Source of the DNA: an uncultured Gammaproteobacteria bacterium
Lineage (GTDB): Bacteria > Patescibacteriota > Microgenomatia > UBA10105 > UBA927
Length of the DNA stretch: 64,000 bases
Assembly: GCA_964515005.1 (NCBI GenBank)
Contig: CAZEVT010000001.1
Span: forward strand, 125,521-189,520
Reading direction: 5' to 3'
The translations under genes were made by a program, and so were the position numbers. The stretch's first letter is position 1. Each line of letters starts with the position of its first letter. This document shows, one piece after another, positions 60,987 to 64,000 of the stretch. Under the pieces are notes generated by a model, which saw nothing but the letters and a program-made list of their open reading frames with translations, made no database searches and had not been told where the DNA came from.

Positions 60987-61022
60987 ACATTCGTCGCTTA
61001 AGTAAGCGTAAGCGGAGGGGGC

Positions 61023-61110
61023 GAGACTCGAACTCGCAAGCCTCCTTACGGAGGCAACAGTTTTCGAGACTGTCCGGATAACCATTCCCAGCACCCCTCC
61101 AGTGGCGCGC
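61023..61110 (-). tRNA. tRNA-Ser (CGA), type II
   Basis: Acceptor GGAGGGG/CCCCTCC. Anticodon stem ACAGT/ACTGT with loop CTCGAAA. Variable arm GCCTCC-GTAA-GGAGGC. T-arm GCGAG-TTCGAGT-CTCGC. Confidence 0.8.
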
Positions 61111-61112
61111 CC

Positions 61113-61189
61113 GGCGGGAGTTGAACCCACAATCGTCAGATCCGCAATCTGATGCTCTATCCAGTTAAGCTACGGGCGCAGTGGAGCTT
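61113..61189 (-). tRNA. tRNA-Arg (GCG), CCA encoded
   Basis: Acceptor GCGCCCG/CGGGCGC. D-arm GCTT-AACTGGATA-GAGC. Anticodon stem TCAGA/TCTGA with loop TTGCGGA. T-arm GTGGG-TTCAACT-CCCGC. Confidence 0.75.
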
Positions 61190-61190
61190 A

Positions 61191-61571
61191 TTATACCGCA
61201 AAACGAAGCTTTGGGATGCCTTGGTAGTGTTTTTTATTGCGTGTGGCCATCTTGGCTCCGATGGAAACGCTGGTAGCACCGACAATCAAATCAGCAAGGG
61301 CTGCGTCAGTGGTATGATCCCGCTTTGTCTGACCTGCAAATTCTGCAAGCTCAGTTCCGAGGGGAATAACAATAAAACCCTCAATAAGTTCCTTTAGTTT
61401 GCCAACAACCGCTTTTGACGACTTTCCGGCAAATAATTCAAGCACAGTCACTGCGGAAAGATATAATTCAACTTTGCCGTCCCGCTGGGCTTCAACAAGC
61501 TTCACTAACCCGCCACCGCCGGTTCGCAAGTAGTCGATGATAACATCACTATCAATAAGTACTTTCGTCAT
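61191..61571 (-). CDS. vapC: PIN-domain toxin (VapC-like)
   Basis: MTKVLIDSDVIIDYL. It overlaps the upstream antitoxin gene by 4 nt. Confidence 0.7.
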   Translation of the reverse strand: MTKVLIDSDVIIDYLRTGGGGLVKLVEAQRDGKVELYLSAVTVLELFAGKSSKAVVGKLKELIEGFIVIPLGTELAEFAGQTKRDHTTDAALADLIVGATSVSIGAKMATRNKKHYQGIPKLRFAV

Positions 61572-61834
61572 GAAAATATTGGCCGGCGCCAATAACGTTT
61601 TTCCCGGACTGTGCGGGTCCAGGCCGCTTCATTCTTCAAGACCCCCTTCAAACCCGGAAGCACGTGGGTAAGAATATAGTCTGCCTTGCCGGCCGCATCA
61701 TATCTCACCGGCACAATCTTCACGATCCGTTTCCCTTCTTTTTCCACTTCAATAATATCGCCTGTTTTGGCGACCCGCTCCATAATGGCAAATATATCTT
61801 TTCTCAACGCCGTGATTGGGAGAATATAGTTCAT
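61568..61834 (-). CDS. Type II antitoxin (Phd/YefM-like)
   Basis: MNYILPITALRKDIFAIMERVAKTGDIIEV. The start is ambiguous (ATG at 61832-61834 or at 61850-61852), and both lie inside the palindrome. Confidence 0.55.
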   Translation of the reverse strand: MNYILPITALRKDIFAIMERVAKTGDIIEVEKEGKRIVKIVPVRYDAAGKADYILTHVLPGLKGVLKNEAAWTRTVREKRYWRRPIFS

Positions 61835-61855
61835 ATGTACACTAGTGTACATATG
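61832..61855. promoter_or_regulatory. 24-bp perfect palindrome CATATGTACACTAGTGTACATATG at the antitoxin 5' end (candidate autoregulatory operator)
   Basis: Self-complementary by inspection. It shares the ATATGTACA half-site with the 23043-23060 palindrome. Confidence 0.5.
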
Positions 61856-61868
61856 GGATAACCATTTG

Positions 61869-62408
61869 TCAAGCGGGCGGCTTCTCCAGGGGGATTTTTT
61901 CGGTAATCCAGTGGGCTGCGTTATCTACCCAGGTTTTTTCGGGCTCTTCACGGAACGGGATATATTCGGAAACAAGCTCCCGGACGTGTGTTTTGTCTTC
62001 TGTTCCCAGAAGGATAATAATCCGCGTGCCCATAAGCGGTCGCAAAATAAGCATGGTTTGCCCCCACTGCTCTTCAAACCAGAAGTCGACAAGCTCTTCC
62101 CAGCGGTAAAAGTGTCCCGCAGACTCAACGCCCAAGTTCGTTATTCGGTGGGTTACCTCCTCAGGCGGCACGGTGGAGAGAACATAGATTAAAAATACGA
62201 TGGAAACGACCGCGGCAATAAGGAGGAATTCACGGGCAAAAACAAGAATAATGATAAGAAGAAACACAATCGCCCCGATATTAGTGAAGTATTCTTTGTC
62301 CCGACGTTTGAAAAGCCGCGACGGCGAGCTCCATGCAAGTAGTACTTCTTGCCGCACTTCTTTTGCTCCTGGGGCAGGCATGTTGTCCATGGGGTTAGTA
62401 TATATCAA
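61869..62408 (-). CDS. Hypothetical membrane protein
   Basis: Two central TM helices (IGAIVFLLIIILVFAREFLLIAAVVSIVFLIYVL). Confidence 0.4.
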   Translation of the reverse strand: MIYTNPMDNMPAPGAKEVRQEVLLAWSSPSRLFKRRDKEYFTNIGAIVFLLIIILVFAREFLLIAAVVSIVFLIYVLSTVPPEEVTHRITNLGVESAGHFYRWEELVDFWFEEQWGQTMLILRPLMGTRIIILLGTEDKTHVRELVSEYIPFREEPEKTWVDNAAHWITEKIPLEKPPA

Positions 62409-62427
62409 AAATCAACGAAACAAAATG

Positions 62428-62509
62428 CGGAGGGTACAGGAGTCGAACCTGTTAGCCCTTGCGGACATTGGTTTTCAAGACCAACGCATTACCGTCCTGC
62501 CCACCCTCC
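62428..62509 (-). tRNA. tRNA-Ser (UGA), type II
   Basis: Acceptor GGAGGGT/ACCCTCC. Anticodon stem TTGGT/ACCAA with loop CTTGAAA. Long variable arm. T-arm ACAGG-TTCGACT-CCTGT. Confidence 0.7.
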
Positions 62510-62510
62510 G

Positions 62511-62598
62511 TGGCGGAGAGTGTGGGAGTCGAACCCACTCGGGACTATTCATCCCGCGAGTTTAGCGAACTCGTGCATTACCGTTCTGCCCACTCTCC
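62511..62598 (-). tRNA. tRNA-Ser (GCU), type II, CCA encoded; atypical anticodon loop (C at position 33)
   Basis: Acceptor GGAGAGT/ACTCTCC. Anticodon stem CGAGT/ACTCG with loop TCGCTAA. Variable arm CGGGA-TGAATAG-TCCCG. T-arm GTGGG-TTCGACT-CCCAC. Confidence 0.65.
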
Positions 62599-62633
62599 GT
62601 GGCGTAATTATACCAAGAATTGAGGCCCCACGC

Positions 62634-63248
62634 TTAATCGTTACTTTCCACAACCCAGGCTTTGCCTGAAAAAATATGGATCACACCTAACTTCTCTTGA
62701 ATTTCATTGCTTACCCCAAGCGTTGTTCCTTGCTTTAGGTTTTTGCGGACCAAATTGTATCGAAATCCGGTTAAAGAAAGACTTATAATTTTTGTGTACG
62801 GAAGTATGGAAATATATCTATAGGACGCTTTTTCTATAACCGTCTTCCCATGGCCTATAAGGCGAACTCTATTATTTTTGTCTATCAGAATATGCGTATC
62901 AAGTAAGTGCAATGTTGCAAGCATATGATCGAGTCTCGTCCCTGTCGCGCCAAAAATAAATGTTTCTTTCGGATGTAAATTATTTGCATACTTCATTGCA
63001 AGTTCCATATCCGTCCAATTCTTGTCCGGCGGATACTGTTTGACTGTCCGTATAGATTTTTTTATGAGACGCAATTCTTTCTTCGTTGTCGAATCGAAAT
63101 CCCCAATTGCCACATGAGGCACGACACCGTTCGTGAGAAGCCAGTATGCGGCGCGGTCCACGCCGATGATGTGATCACCCGGCTGGACCATTTTAATAAA
63201 TTTCTTTATCAATCTGCCATTTCCGAAAACGATTATTCTTTTCTTCAT
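62634..63248 (-). CDS. Thiamine pyrophosphokinase
   Basis: VAIGDFDSTT and GATGTRLDH are TPK catalytic-domain motifs. Confidence 0.7.
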   Translation of the reverse strand: MKKRIIVFGNGRLIKKFIKMVQPGDHIIGVDRAAYWLLTNGVVPHVAIGDFDSTTKKELRLIKKSIRTVKQYPPDKNWTDMELAMKYANNLHPKETFIFGATGTRLDHMLATLHLLDTHILIDKNNRVRLIGHGKTVIEKASYRYISILPYTKIISLSLTGFRYNLVRKNLKQGTTLGVSNEIQEKLGVIHIFSGKAWVVESND

Positions 63249-63250
63249 AA

Positions 63251-63919
63251 TCATCTTGCCATCGTCATGGCCCAAACGCGCTTGGCCCCTGCGTGTTTCA
63301 ATACGCTGGCCGCAGCACGCATGGTCGCGCCAGTTGTAAATACGTCATCGAAAAGAACTACCGTTGTTTTTGTATATCGTTTTTCCGCTGTTTTATTTAT
63401 CCCAAATACGCCCTCCATATTTTTCAAACGTTGTTTGCGGTCTTTCATTTCTACTTGCGGCACCGTTTCCTTGACGCGCTTGAGGATATCAGTTTGCACA
63501 GCGATGTTCAAACGCTTGGCAAGAAGTTTACCCAATACTTCTGCCTGATTAAAGCCGCGCTGGCGAAATCGAGAAGAGTGAAGAGGTATAGGAACCAAAA
63601 TGCCATCGCCAACGTTCTCCGGTGTAATAAGGGTAATAAATTCTTGAGCTAAATCCGAAACTAACCGGTATTTGATGGCCTTCACGGCCTTCCGAACCGG
63701 ACCGTTGTAATGGAAAAAGCTCGTGAGTCCGTCGATGCAATATCGCGTCCGGCACCGCGGGTGGGTTACCCCGTCAAGCGCCGGCCTTCCACACATCGGA
63801 CAAATCTGTTCATTGGGTAAAATCGGACGAATGAGTAGCCGGCACCGATCGCAAAAATACTTCCCTATTTTTCCACAATTAACACAGCGTTTGGGGAAAA
63901 CGAGATCAAGAAGGTTCAT
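63251..63919 (-). CDS. comFC: ComF family protein (ComFC-like, zinc finger plus PRTase domain)
   Basis: N-terminal zinc finger CVNCGK...CDRC...CPMCG...HPRC. C-terminal PRTase motif VVLFDDVFTTGATM. Confidence 0.8.
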   Translation of the reverse strand: MNLLDLVFPKRCVNCGKIGKYFCDRCRLLIRPILPNEQICPMCGRPALDGVTHPRCRTRYCIDGLTSFFHYNGPVRKAVKAIKYRLVSDLAQEFITLITPENVGDGILVPIPLHSSRFRQRGFNQAEVLGKLLAKRLNIAVQTDILKRVKETVPQVEMKDRKQRLKNMEGVFGINKTAEKRYTKTTVVLFDDVFTTGATMRAAASVLKHAGAKRVWAMTMAR

Positions 63920-64000
63920 GTAAATAATGCACTAGTTGTCTTTTAAAAAGTTTCCACCCGCTTCCACTTTTTAAAAACTTTTCTCTCCCCGTTGCATCCC

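Noticed and set aside
62200-62669. Plus-strand ORFs (121 aa and 106 aa) across 62200-62669
   Set aside because: They overlap the two minus-strand tRNA-Ser genes, whose cloverleaf structures are clear. The translations contain tRNA-derived nonsense.

Overview
This 64 kb window reads as a gene-dense, roughly 50% GC chromosomal segment of a small-genome bacterium. Housekeeping genes present include groES-groEL, tsaD, nrdR-nrdJ with a PduO-type cobalamin adenosyltransferase, sodA, two tandem class A PBPs, uppP, typA, msrA, the dnaG-rpoD pair, idi, and several phosphoribosyltransferase, NUDIX and MazG salvage enzymes. There are also many secreted or membrane hypotheticals and a Gram-positive/CPR-style type IV pilus locus (pilB, pilC and five prepilin-like genes, with no pilM, pilN, pilO or pilQ). 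From this content the organism is inferred to be CPR/Patescibacteria-like, but that is an inference only. Accessory content includes three VapBC-like PIN toxin-antitoxin pairs, nine tRNA genes in three clusters, an AT-rich (~33% GC) islet near tRNA-Asn, and a compact four-gene minus-strand module next to tRNA-Ile(UAU). This module (11836-17547) encodes a K/R-rich membrane protein, a small Pro/Ala-rich protein, a membrane-anchored FtsK/HerA/TraD-like ATPase and an ATP-grasp ligase. I could not assign it to any known system, and it is the best candidate here for something undescribed. Other unusual points are a GroES with a five-cysteine insertion, tandem NDT-like paralogs embedded in a tRNA cluster, and a substrate-binding protein with a long proline-rich cytoplasmic tail. 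All calls rest on motif recognition in the six-frame translations; no searches were run.
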